Positions 46,125 through 55,135 of a DNA stretch of 64,000 nucleotides are shown in pieces. How positions within the stretch are numbered: position 1 is the first letter of the stretch; every line of letters starts with the position of its first letter. The notes under the pieces are model-generated. The model saw nothing but the letters and a program-made list of their open reading frames with translations. It did no database searches and was not told the origin of the DNA. The stretch is from Candidatus Saccharimonadota bacterium (GTDB taxonomy: Bacteria; Patescibacteriota; Saccharimonadia; Saccharimonadales; JACDBH01), in contig JAQGGW010000004.1 of the NCBI GenBank assembly GCA_028289135.1, forward strand, positions 758 through 64,757, given 5' to 3'. A program made the translations under genes and the position numbers.

Positions 46125-48317
46125 ATGAATATCCGTCTCAAAACACTTGGCATCAACACCCTGGCTGTGGCCAGTGTTCTTTTTATTTTGTACCAGGTTT
46201 CGGCACCGCTCATTTTGCATGGTTTTGAAAAAGTAGAGACAAATGACGCCATCCAGAACGTCGGCAGAGCCACCGACGCCATCAACAGCCAGCTTTTTTC
46301 ACTTAGCAGCAAGCTGATCGACTGGGCCAGCTGGGACGATTCGTATAACTTTGCGGCCGACAAAAACAACGAGTTTGTACAAAGTAACTTTGGCGGCAAC
46401 GACACCTACAAAAGCCCCATTTTTGACATGATTTTGTACTTTAATACCAAAGGCAAATTGGTCTATGCAAACGGCAGCAGCAAACCCTCTGCCGAGCTTT
46501 TAGACAAGCTGAGCCCAACAAGCCCGTTGTTAAAGTACGACAATGCAGCAAATATTGATGCCGATGCCGAGGCAGTAAGCGGGATTATCACCACCAAAGA
46601 GGGCATTTTACTCGCCTCCAGCCGGCCAATTTTGCATAACGACGGCTCGGGTCCAACCCACGGGTCAATTATTTTTACTAAATTTTTAACAACCGCATAT
46701 ATTGGCGAGCTGGCCGAAACGGCTCATTTGGATCTTGGTTTTTATCCTGTAAACAGCACAAAACTGCCTCCTGACGCTATAGCTATTGAGTCAAGCCTGA
46801 GCGTCGGCAAAACAATAACAAAAGCCCAAAATAGCACCATCATCAATGGCTACACTTTGCTAGCAGGCCTGGATGGCAAGCCAGCAGTGCTGGTGCGTGT
46901 TAACCTCGACCGCGAAATTTATGATCAGGGACGCGAAAGCCTGCACCTTTTTCTTATCATCCTGCTTGTAGCGGGCGTCTTGTTCCCACTGGTTACCTCT
47001 ATACTGCTCGATGCATTGGTAATTCGTAGAATTGAGCTTCTTACCAAAAACGTTACCAAAATTAATGACCAAAACGGCCTTAAAAACAAGCTAACGTTTA
47101 AGGGGAGTGACGAAGTTGCGCTGCTTGCAACCAGCATTAACCACATGCTCCAGCGTATCGAAGACTCTAACCAGCATGTTCATAGCTTAGTAGGCCAGCT
47201 AAAAATCGAAAAAGAGGGCGTCGAAGACCAGGTCAGGCAACGGACACATCAGTTGGAAGAAGAAAAAACCCGCTTTTTTGCCTCCATCAACAGCCTGCCG
47301 CTGGGCTTTATCCTAACCGACTCGAGCGACCATGTCCTCATGATGAATCCAAGCATTAAAAAGATTTTAAGCTTTAGCTCGGATGATGCAAAAAGTATTG
47401 CAAAAAAGATAGCCGAAAAAGACTCTCTGCTGCTTAAGCTCATGGAACACACCAGCAAAGTTACGGACAGCAAAAAAATATCAACCATCGAGCTATCTAC
47501 CCCAGAAGGCCGGTTCTTGCATGCACTGGCAGCCCCCGTCTTAACGCACGCAGGAACTGTAGACGGAACGGTTATTATTGTTGAGGACGTCACCGAAGCT
47601 AAGATTATGGAACGCTCAAAAGAAGAGTTTTTCTCGATTGCTTCCCACGAACTTAGGACACCGCTTACGGCAATCCGCGGCAATACGTCGCTTATCAAAC
47701 AACTCTACGAAGACCAGCTTAAAGACCCTTCGTTTAACGAAATGGTGGACGATATTCACTCCTCTAGCATGCGCTTGATTTCGATTGTAAATGACTTTTT
47801 GGATGTTAGTAGTTTGGAGCAGGGGAAAATTAAATTTACCGAAAAAGATTTTGATATCAGTACAACCATTGAAGAAGTTATAAAAGAAATGAACGGCATG
47901 GTGACCGAGAAAAAGCTGTACCTTACCTTCGAAAAACCAGCCCAGGCACTTCCGCTGCTTCACGCCGATCCGAACCGTATTAAGCAGGTCATCTACAACC
48001 TCATTGGAAACTCTATTAAGTTTACCGAAACAGGCGGCGTAACGATCAAAACAGAAGTCATGCCAAACAAAATGCTCAAGATTATGCTTATCGACACCGG
48101 CCGCGGTATATCACCAGAAGGGCAGCAGCTGCTGTTTCACAAGTTCCAGCAAACGGGTGAAAGCCTGCAGACGCGTGACACTACCCGCGGGACAGGACTG
48201 GGGCTTTATATATCTAAGCTCATTGTGGAACATTTTGGCGGCCAAATAAAGCTGGACGCAAGCCAAGAGGGCGATGGCCATGGCAGCACGTTTAGCATTA
48301 CGCTACCGCTAGCTTAA
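46125..48317 (+). CDS. CHASE4-HAMP-PAS histidine kinase
   Basis: DWASWDDSYNF (CHASE4), DEVALLATSINHM (HAMP), ASHELRTPL, GTGLGL. Confidence 0.92.
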   Translation: MNIRLKTLGINTLAVASVLFILYQVSAPLILHGFEKVETNDAIQNVGRATDAINSQLFSLSSKLIDWASWDDSYNFAADKNNEFVQSNFGGNDTYKSPIFDMILYFNTKGKLVYANGSSKPSAELLDKLSPTSPLLKYDNAANIDADAEAVSGIITTKEGILLASSRPILHNDGSGPTHGSIIFTKFLTTAYIGELAETAHLDLGFYPVNSTKLPPDAIAIESSLSVGKTITKAQNSTIINGYTLLAGLDGKPAVLVRVNLDREIYDQGRESLHLFLIILLVAGVLFPLVTSILLDALVIRRIELLTKNVTKINDQNGLKNKLTFKGSDEVALLATSINHMLQRIEDSNQHVHSLVGQLKIEKEGVEDQVRQRTHQLEEEKTRFFASINSLPLGFILTDSSDHVLMMNPSIKKILSFSSDDAKSIAKKIAEKDSLLLKLMEHTSKVTDSKKISTIELSTPEGRFLHALAAPVLTHAGTVDGTVIIVEDVTEAKIMERSKEEFFSIASHELRTPLTAIRGNTSLIKQLYEDQLKDPSFNEMVDDIHSSSMRLISIVNDFLDVSSLEQGKIKFTEKDFDISTTIEEVIKEMNGMVTEKKLYLTFEKPAQALPLLHADPNRIKQVIYNLIGNSIKFTETGGVTIKTEVMPNKMLKIMLIDTGRGISPEGQQLLFHKFQQTGESLQTRDTTRGTGLGLYISKLIVEHFGGQIKLDASQEGDGHGSTFSITLPLA

Positions 48318-50053
48318 AGTTGCCGGGTTTGCTTTTGCCACAAGGAATAATAACGGCCTTTATTTTTAAGCAGCTGGGCGTGAGTGCCTTCTTCTTCGAT
48401 AGCGCCGTTATGCATGACAATTATTCTATCCAGCCCCGCCACGGTGCTGAGCCTGTGGGCGATAATAACTGCCGTGTGTTTTCCAATAATTTCCGGCAGG
48501 GCCGCTTGGATAATAGATTCGCTTTCACTGTCCAGCGCGCTAGTGGCTTCGTCAAATAGGATCATTGGCGCGTTTTTGAGCACCGCCCGGGCAATAACAA
48601 CGCGTTGTTTTTGGCCACCGCTGAGCTTGACACCGCGTTCACCAACAATTGTGTCGTAACCCTTTGGCAGATCCATAATAAAGCTGTGGGCATAGGCGGC
48701 TTTGGCGGCCTTTTCAATTTCCGCGTGGCTGGCAGCCGAGTTGTGGTAGGCAATGTTTTCTTTTATTGTACGGTGAAATAGCACCGGCTCCTGAGGCACG
48801 TAGGCAATATGGCGGCGCAGGTCGCTTTGCTTAACGTCGCGTATGTCTACGCCATCGATAGCAATCGAACCGGACTCAATATCATCAAAACGCATAAGCA
48901 GGCTAGCGAGCGTGCTTTTGCCGGCGCCGCTAAGGCCAACAACGCCCACATGTTCGCCGGCTGCAATCTCCAGATTCATGTTTTTAAAAATATAGCCTGC
49001 CGAATTATCACCGTACCTAAAACTCATATCTTTTATGCTAACTGCGGCTTGGTTTGGGTTAAAGTCCTGAGCTTCTTCCGAATCAGCGATTGACTCATGG
49101 GTTGGTTCCAGAACCTCCAGCGTCGGCACAAGCTTGCTGACAAGATCGTCGTGCCGCTCGATAAGATCAGGCACATCGCCGAGGTTGCGGTTAATCTGAA
49201 ACAGGTAGGTAATAGTAAGGACAATCAAGCTTACTTTACTGTTGCCTCCATGTCGTGAAGCTTGTAACACAAACCAGAAGCCAAGTCCCATTATGAGCGT
49301 AGTCATAATTATGCGCGGCGAATCAAGCAGGATTGTCACCTTACGGCGTTGCCAAAAAGCATCAGCTTCCTGCTTCTCTAACTTCTCAATACGTGTCAAA
49401 GCGGCTGCTTCTTGCCCAGCAGCTTTGTACGCCACAATGTTAGTAATGTCGTCAGCTACTTCTCCCGCAATTTTTCTGTATAGTTCGTGGGACTTCTCCC
49501 TGTAGTGTTTTGTCTTACTCGAAGCCCATGACATATAAAAAATTTGAAATATAACTAATCCAAACGCCGTTAGTCCGACTTTCCATGACGCAATAGTGAG
49601 TACGAGCGCAGGGATAGTAAGAGATACCGATGCACGCACTATATCAGTACGAAGTAGCCTTAACAGGTCGAGTGAACTATCGACATACTGCTTTAACATA
49701 CTTGTTAAATAGCCAGTATGGCTGTCGCGGTAAAATGACATATCTTTATTTGTAAGTTTTTTGTAATACCTAACCGCATTTGTTTCATAAATGGCATTTT
49801 CACCGCGATGTGAGAGCAGGCCGGTAAGAGTTAGTAACACGTCGGCAAACAGTACCACGCTAACAAATAGTATAATGTCATGTTTAGCTTCCCCGTAGTG
49901 ACCAGCCGCAATATTAGCGGCAAGGTTTGCAAGAATTAAGAGCGAAAATATGCGAGCAATAAGTGTACGGATAATTTCCGCCACAAAAGAAAACCACACC
50001 GTAGGCTTGCGCCCATAAGTGTGCAGCAGGTGTTTATAAGCCTTCCGATTCAT
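48314..50053 (-). CDS. ABC exporter, fused permease/ATPase
   Basis: TM domain plus GLSGAGKST, LSGGQKQR, DEATSALD, AHRLST. Confidence 0.93.
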   Translation of the reverse strand: MNRKAYKHLLHTYGRKPTVWFSFVAEIIRTLIARIFSLLILANLAANIAAGHYGEAKHDIILFVSVVLFADVLLTLTGLLSHRGENAIYETNAVRYYKKLTNKDMSFYRDSHTGYLTSMLKQYVDSSLDLLRLLRTDIVRASVSLTIPALVLTIASWKVGLTAFGLVIFQIFYMSWASSKTKHYREKSHELYRKIAGEVADDITNIVAYKAAGQEAAALTRIEKLEKQEADAFWQRRKVTILLDSPRIIMTTLIMGLGFWFVLQASRHGGNSKVSLIVLTITYLFQINRNLGDVPDLIERHDDLVSKLVPTLEVLEPTHESIADSEEAQDFNPNQAAVSIKDMSFRYGDNSAGYIFKNMNLEIAAGEHVGVVGLSGAGKSTLASLLMRFDDIESGSIAIDGVDIRDVKQSDLRRHIAYVPQEPVLFHRTIKENIAYHNSAASHAEIEKAAKAAYAHSFIMDLPKGYDTIVGERGVKLSGGQKQRVVIARAVLKNAPMILFDEATSALDSESESIIQAALPEIIGKHTAVIIAHRLSTVAGLDRIIVMHNGAIEEEGTHAQLLKNKGRYYSLWQKQTRQL

Positions 50054-50138
50054 TACCTATACGATACCATTTCTTTTACTTACTAGAATATACTTTACTA
50101 AAAACCCGCCGATTCTTTATAGCCCGCAGATATCGATG

Positions 50139-50257
50139 GGTTTCGAACGATAGTGCAGCTTGGGATGAAAGCCAAGCACCGAAGCGGAGGCGTATGGCAT
50201 GATACGGTGAGCATCGGAGCACAGGCTTTCGCCCAAGATGTGCATCGTGCGGAAGCC
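50139..50257. repeat. Long palindromic element, family A copy 3
   Basis: GGTTTCG-ACGAT...ATCGT-CGGAAGCC outer stem; interior GGAGGCGTA...TACGGTGAG matches copy 2. Confidence 0.85.
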
Positions 50258-50265
50258 TCTCACAT

Positions 50266-50296
50266 AAAAAAGCCCGCTCTCTCAAGCGGGCTTTTT
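50266..50296 (-). terminator. Intrinsic terminator
   Basis: AAAAAGCCCGCT...AGCGGGCTTTTT just past the stop of 50310-51302. Confidence 0.85.
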
Positions 50297-50309
50297 CAGT
50301 AACCGTCAA

Positions 50310-51302
50310 TTAGTTGTTGATGACAGTAGTGTTGCTGTCGCCATTGTTGTTGCCAGCACCGCCTGATGCGCCTGCACCAGCAGTTGTGTTGCCAGAAACA
50401 TTGCTGTTTCCGCTAGTAGAAGTCTGACGAGTGAATGAGATGTTTCCAACGTTGTTGTTGTTCTGAACGTTAGTGTTGTTGTTTGAAACAATCGTTGCGT
50501 TTACAGGTGAGCTTGGGCCCTGTGTAGAGATGTTGGTAGTCTGACCAGCACCTGCGCCGCTGCCGCCGTGGACGCCTGGATCGCCAGCACCGCCGTTGTT
50601 AATACCAACGCTTGAACCAGTACCGTTGTTGTTACCAGCACCGCCTGAACCTGTGCCGCCAGCTGCTGTAGTGTTGCCAGAAGTGTTTACATTGCCGGTC
50701 TTTGAACCTTGGCCGGTAGTGTTAAGGCCAAGAACGTTGTTGTTGTTTGACTTGTTCTTGTTAGTGTTGTCGGACAATACAAGACCTACGCCTGAGTTTG
50801 GACCTTGTGTGCCGACATTTGTGCTGCCAACCATGTCCATTGGACCACAACCGTTGCCGTTATTAATAGCTACAGAAGTGTTGGTGCTATTGTTGTTGGT
50901 TGCGTTGCCGCTTGATGCGCCGCCCATTTTGCCCCAGCTAGACTGGATGTCGCCCATGTGAGCGCTAAAAGCTGCTGCCCATTCGCTATAAGTATGGCCT
51001 TGTGCTGCCCAAACACTTGGGTCCCAAGCGCCCCACGCGCCACCGCCGATGCCAGCAGTTGTATTACCAGAAACGTTGACGTTTCCAGTAGATGCGCTTT
51101 GATTGGTATTATTTACAGATGTAACATTGTTGTTGTTCTGAACGCTGCAGTTGTTGTTGGTCGACTCACTGATAGAGATTGGTGAGCTTGGACCCTGTGT
51201 TGACGCATTAACTCCTGCAAAGGCCATGCCTGTTGAACCAGTGAATAATGCAGTAATTGCTGCGACTGCGACTGTTGCTCCGCGTGGGAATAACTTCTTC
51301 AT
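50310..51302 (-). CDS. Secreted Asn/Gly/Thr/Ser-rich three-repeat protein
   Basis: Signal peptide (MKKLF...AFA); three units TQGP..NNNNV..GNxNxSGNTTA..GxAxNNN..INN; GGAGG Shine-Dalgarno; own terminator. Confidence 0.85.
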   Translation of the reverse strand: MKKLFPRGATVAVAAITALFTGSTGMAFAGVNASTQGPSSPISISESTNNNCSVQNNNNVTSVNNTNQSASTGNVNVSGNTTAGIGGGAWGAWDPSVWAAQGHTYSEWAAAFSAHMGDIQSSWGKMGGASSGNATNNNSTNTSVAINNGNGCGPMDMVGSTNVGTQGPNSGVGLVLSDNTNKNKSNNNNVLGLNTTGQGSKTGNVNTSGNTTAAGGTGSGGAGNNNGTGSSVGINNGGAGDPGVHGGSGAGAGQTTNISTQGPSSPVNATIVSNNNTNVQNNNNVGNISFTRQTSTSGNSNVSGNTTAGAGASGGAGNNNGDSNTTVINN

Positions 51303-51461
51303 ATGAACCCTCCTGTTAATAGATACTTGTTCCCATAGACTAGTTTGTTTACTTAGTGAATTCTGTAAGAAATATTACACAATCAACTAGAGAATTCTCC
51401 AAATCGCTCATGCTTAATTGTAAATCGCATTAAAAACCGCCATAATACAACTTAAGTTCTT

Positions 51462-52766
51462 ATGCTATACATGTTTATAATTGCTGGGGTATTTACTGGG
51501 GTGGCTGTCGCTACTGTATTAATCTTGTCTAAAAAGAAGCATCAAAAAGGCGGTTCAAAGGGAACCGATCACGCGCTGGCGGCCAACTTACAGGACGAAA
51601 AAGTAAAATCCGAGATTATCTTAAATTCGATTGAAGACGGCGTTTTCTTGATCGACGAGCAGCGCGCTATCCAGCTTTTTAATCCGGCAGCAGGCGTAAT
51701 AACCGGTTGGGACCCTAAGCAAACGCTCGGCATCGACTACAAATCAGTCTTAAAATTTATAAATGAAAAGGGCGAACCCTACGCGCCTGAAAAAGACCCG
51801 GTTAACATTGCTCTGACAGAAAAGCGCACCGTAAAAGACAACCAGGCCAGCCTTGCCACCCAGGCCAAAAAAGTATTGTCGCTTGCCATTACGGTTTCGC
51901 CTCTGTTAGATGCCGAGAAAAACGTCCGCGGCGCAGTGGGAATTTTCCGTGATGTTTCCCAGGAGCGCCAAGAGGGTCAAAAACGTGCCGAATTTGTCAG
52001 CACCGCCAGCCACGAAATGCGCACCCCCGTTGCCGCAATTGAAGGCTACTTAGCACTGGCCTTAAACGATAAAGTAAGCACCATCGACAGCAAAGCCCGC
52101 GACTTCTTGGAAAAAGCCCACGAAAGCACCCAGCACCTTGGACAACTGTTCCAGGACCTGCTTACCAGCGCCAAAGCCGAAGATGGCCGTCTTACTAACC
52201 ATCCTGTCGTCGTAGAGCTCAGTAGTATGCTAGAAAGCCTAACAGACGGGCTAAAGTTCGCCGCTCAGAAAAAAGCACTTTCGGTTGAGTTTGTTTTAGG
52301 CGCTCCCAACAGTGTGATCGATGCTAGCGGCGGCAATGTTGTGAAGCCTCTATATTATGTCCAGGTTGACCCCGACCGCATCCGCGAAGTCATTACCAAC
52401 CTTTTTGATAACGCTGTTAAATATACCGACGCTGGCAAAGTAACCATTGGCCTGACTGGTGACACCAACGTTGTCCAGCTTCGCATCAGCGACACTGGAC
52501 ATGGCATTGCGGCCGAAGACACCCAGCACTTATTTGAAAAATTTTACCGCGTTGACAACAGCAACACCCGCACGGTGGGCGGAACGGGATTAGGGCTGTT
52601 TATTTGCCGCAAGATTGTTGAGCTTTATAATGGCCGGATCTGGGTCGACAGCGTTGTCGACAAGGGAAGTACGTTTTATATCAACCTGCCGCGCCTAAGT
52701 TCTGACAGGGCACAGACACTGATGCATGAAGAAAGCTCACAAACTTCAGCATTGGGAAGCAAATGA
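51462..52766 (+). CDS. PAS-domain histidine kinase
   Basis: 1 TM, ILNSIEDGV (PAS), ASHEMRTP, NLFDNAVKY, GGTGLGL. Confidence 0.93.
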   Translation: MLYMFIIAGVFTGVAVATVLILSKKKHQKGGSKGTDHALAANLQDEKVKSEIILNSIEDGVFLIDEQRAIQLFNPAAGVITGWDPKQTLGIDYKSVLKFINEKGEPYAPEKDPVNIALTEKRTVKDNQASLATQAKKVLSLAITVSPLLDAEKNVRGAVGIFRDVSQERQEGQKRAEFVSTASHEMRTPVAAIEGYLALALNDKVSTIDSKARDFLEKAHESTQHLGQLFQDLLTSAKAEDGRLTNHPVVVELSSMLESLTDGLKFAAQKKALSVEFVLGAPNSVIDASGGNVVKPLYYVQVDPDRIREVITNLFDNAVKYTDAGKVTIGLTGDTNVVQLRISDTGHGIAAEDTQHLFEKFYRVDNSNTRTVGGTGLGLFICRKIVELYNGRIWVDSVVDKGSTFYINLPRLSSDRAQTLMHEESSQTSALGSK

Positions 52767-52836
52767 TATGAGACGGAGTTCGTGATACAATGACCATATT
52801 GAAGCATAAACGTATAAGCAGGAGAGGGTAGCCGCA

Positions 52837-53745
52837 ATGTCAAAAATTATGCTCGTCGAGGACGACAACAATTTACGAGAAATTTACGAAGCCCGTTTGC
52901 TGGCTGAAGGCTATGAGATCGTATCCGCGCATGACGGTGAAGAGGCCTTGGCGCTTGCTGTTAAAGAAAAGCCAGACTTGATTATTTCTGATGTTATGAT
53001 GCCAAAAATCAGTGGTTTTGATATGCTCGACATTCTCCGTTCTACCCCCGAGACACGCGACACCAAAGTTATTATGATGACAGCCTTAAGCCAAGCCGAA
53101 GACAAGGCACGGGCAGAAAAGCTTGGCGCAGACCGATACCTCGTTAAATCACAGGTGACACTTGAAGACGTTGTTAAGATTGCCCGCGAAGTAATGGATG
53201 GCTCAGGCGCAGCCGGAGCGGCACCAGCAGCCCCAGCCGTTGACGATACTGCCGCAGCCAGCCCAGCACAAGACCCAGTTGCTGCAGATCCCGTAGCTGC
53301 CCCTGTCGTTGCAGCCCCAGTTGTGGCTCCGCCAAGCGATCCCGTTGCCGCGCCAGCTCCAGACGAACCAATTACCGTCACCTCTACGCTTGGCAGTGTC
53401 ACGAGCGCACAAAGCTCATCAGACGAGCAGTCCCAAGTCACCGACCAAGTAAACAGTTTTGTTAGCCAAAATCCTGGCACCGACATTACGCCTTCTACAA
53501 CTGCGCCAATTGCCACTGCAACCGAACCGAACGCTCCACCGGCTGCAGAAGCAACCCCAGCAGCAGAACCACTCGCTGGCGGAGTGAATGGCAAAAAAGT
53601 TCTCCAGCCACTGAGCGATCCAGCAGCCAAGCCAGATCTAAACGAACTCCTTGCCAAAGAAGAAGCCAAAGCCGCTGGAACCGCAAGCCCCGCAGCTGCA
53701 CCAGCACAGGCACCGGCTGAAGATCCAAACCTAATCTCCCTCTAG
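52837..53745 (+). CDS. Response regulator with long Ala/Pro-rich disordered tail
   Basis: LVEDD, SDVMMP, YLVK receiver, then about 180 aa low-complexity tail. Confidence 0.9.
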   Translation: MSKIMLVEDDNNLREIYEARLLAEGYEIVSAHDGEEALALAVKEKPDLIISDVMMPKISGFDMLDILRSTPETRDTKVIMMTALSQAEDKARAEKLGADRYLVKSQVTLEDVVKIAREVMDGSGAAGAAPAAPAVDDTAAASPAQDPVAADPVAAPVVAAPVVAPPSDPVAAPAPDEPITVTSTLGSVTSAQSSSDEQSQVTDQVNSFVSQNPGTDITPSTTAPIATATEPNAPPAAEATPAAEPLAGGVNGKKVLQPLSDPAAKPDLNELLAKEEAKAAGTASPAAAPAQAPAEDPNLISL

Positions 53746-53758
53746 GTAAACATTAAAT

Positions 53759-54472
53759 ATGCGTATAAACCGCTACATTGCCCAGGCGACAGGTATTTCA
53801 CGCCGTGCCGCCGACAAGCTCGTCCAGGGCAATAAGGTGTTTATTAATGACATTATGGCCCAGCTAAGTGACCATGCCACCTCCATTGATAAGGTTGTTG
53901 TCGACAAAAAGCGTATTTTTTTGCCCGCCGAAGCTACCACAATTATTCTTAATAAACCAGTGGGCTATGTGTGCTCACGGGACGGGCAGGGCAGCAAAAC
54001 CGTCTATGAACTACTACCAGATGAGTTTAAGGCTCTCAAGCCCGTGGGCAGGCTCGACAAAGACTCCAGCGGCCTATTGGTCATGACCGATGACGGCCAG
54101 CTGGCGCACGAGCTGACGCATCCAAAGTTTGTTAAAGATAAGATATACATTGTGCACCTGGCGCATCCTTTGAAAGGCCTGGACTTTGACGCAATCACCA
54201 AAAAGGGTGTCGACATTGGTGATAAGATTCTCAGCAAATTCCGGCTTGAAGTAAAAGATGAAAGCCACATGGCAGGCAAAAGCCATTCCATCCACGACTC
54301 ATGCTTCGCCGAAAACAACAAAGACTGGATCGTAACCCTTCACGAAGGCCGCAACCGCCAGATCCGCCGCACCTTCAGCGCCCTTGGCTACACCGTAAAA
54401 ACCCTCCACCGCATCACATTTGGCGACTATAAGCTACTAAACATAAGAACTGGACAATACGAAAAGGCTTAG
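53759..54472 (+). CDS. rRNA pseudouridine synthase (RsuA/RluB family)
   Basis: S4 domain SRRAAD, LNKPVG, GRLDKDSSGLL, EGRNRQIRR. Confidence 0.93.
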   Translation: MRINRYIAQATGISRRAADKLVQGNKVFINDIMAQLSDHATSIDKVVVDKKRIFLPAEATTIILNKPVGYVCSRDGQGSKTVYELLPDEFKALKPVGRLDKDSSGLLVMTDDGQLAHELTHPKFVKDKIYIVHLAHPLKGLDFDAITKKGVDIGDKILSKFRLEVKDESHMAGKSHSIHDSCFAENNKDWIVTLHEGRNRQIRRTFSALGYTVKTLHRITFGDYKLLNIRTGQYEKA

Positions 54473-55071
54473 GCGTTTAAAATTGTATTTGGCGTAGGTA
54501 ACGGTTCGATTGTTGTATCCGGTGCTTGGCCATATGCATTAGGCTCCCATACAAGTGGTGAACCTGGACAATCAAATTTTTCACCGGCTGCAGGCATTTT
54601 ACAGTCTTCCCAGTTAGGTATTACAAGATACGCAGGGGCTGAACGATCTGGTGCTGGCGAATAAAGTCCAGTGTTTGGATCCTTGCTATCTGATACTTCT
54701 CCGCACCATGCTTCTGGGTTTCCGTCACCGTTAATGTCATATGCATATACTGGCTTTTTCGAAAGATCTCCAACTACAATATAGGTAATATGCGAACCGT
54801 TACGACCTAGTATATCCGCTTGAACAAGGCTTCCTTGAGGAAGTTTCTCACCACCTTCCGGACAGTCTTCAACAAGTACAGGCTGGTTTGCATACGAACG
54901 ACTTAAGGCTACATCTAATTCGGTACTCTCAACGCTTCTTCTACTTTCTACTGTTTTGACACCCGACTCTTTGCTAGCATAACTACCACTAATTGCCAGC
55001 GCTGCAATTGCTACAGGACCTGCAACATATTTGAAGACTTCTGACATTAAACTTGCGCGTGATTTATTCAT
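54469..55071 (-). CDS. Membrane-anchored/secreted hypothetical protein (orphan)
   Basis: N-terminal hydrophobic helix, 4 Cys, DINGDG loop. Confidence 0.7.
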   Translation of the reverse strand: MNKSRASLMSEVFKYVAGPVAIAALAISGSYASKESGVKTVESRRSVESTELDVALSRSYANQPVLVEDCPEGGEKLPQGSLVQADILGRNGSHITYIVVGDLSKKPVYAYDINGDGNPEAWCGEVSDSKDPNTGLYSPAPDRSAPAYLVIPNWEDCKMPAAGEKFDCPGSPLVWEPNAYGQAPDTTIEPLPTPNTILNA

Positions 55072-55135
55072 GATAAAAGTCTAACATAATATTGCTCTTT
55101 CGTCAATATGACTTATCTGTTATAATGGACACAAC

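Noticed and set aside
49240..49900. Apparent AT-richer patch in the ABC exporter (mosaic gene)
   Set aside because: May simply reflect TM-domain amino-acid composition; not quantifiable by eye.
50310..51200. GTT-rich repeats as CRISPR or microsatellite
   Set aside because: They are Asn codons of the minus-strand protein; no repeat-spacer periodicity anywhere in the window.
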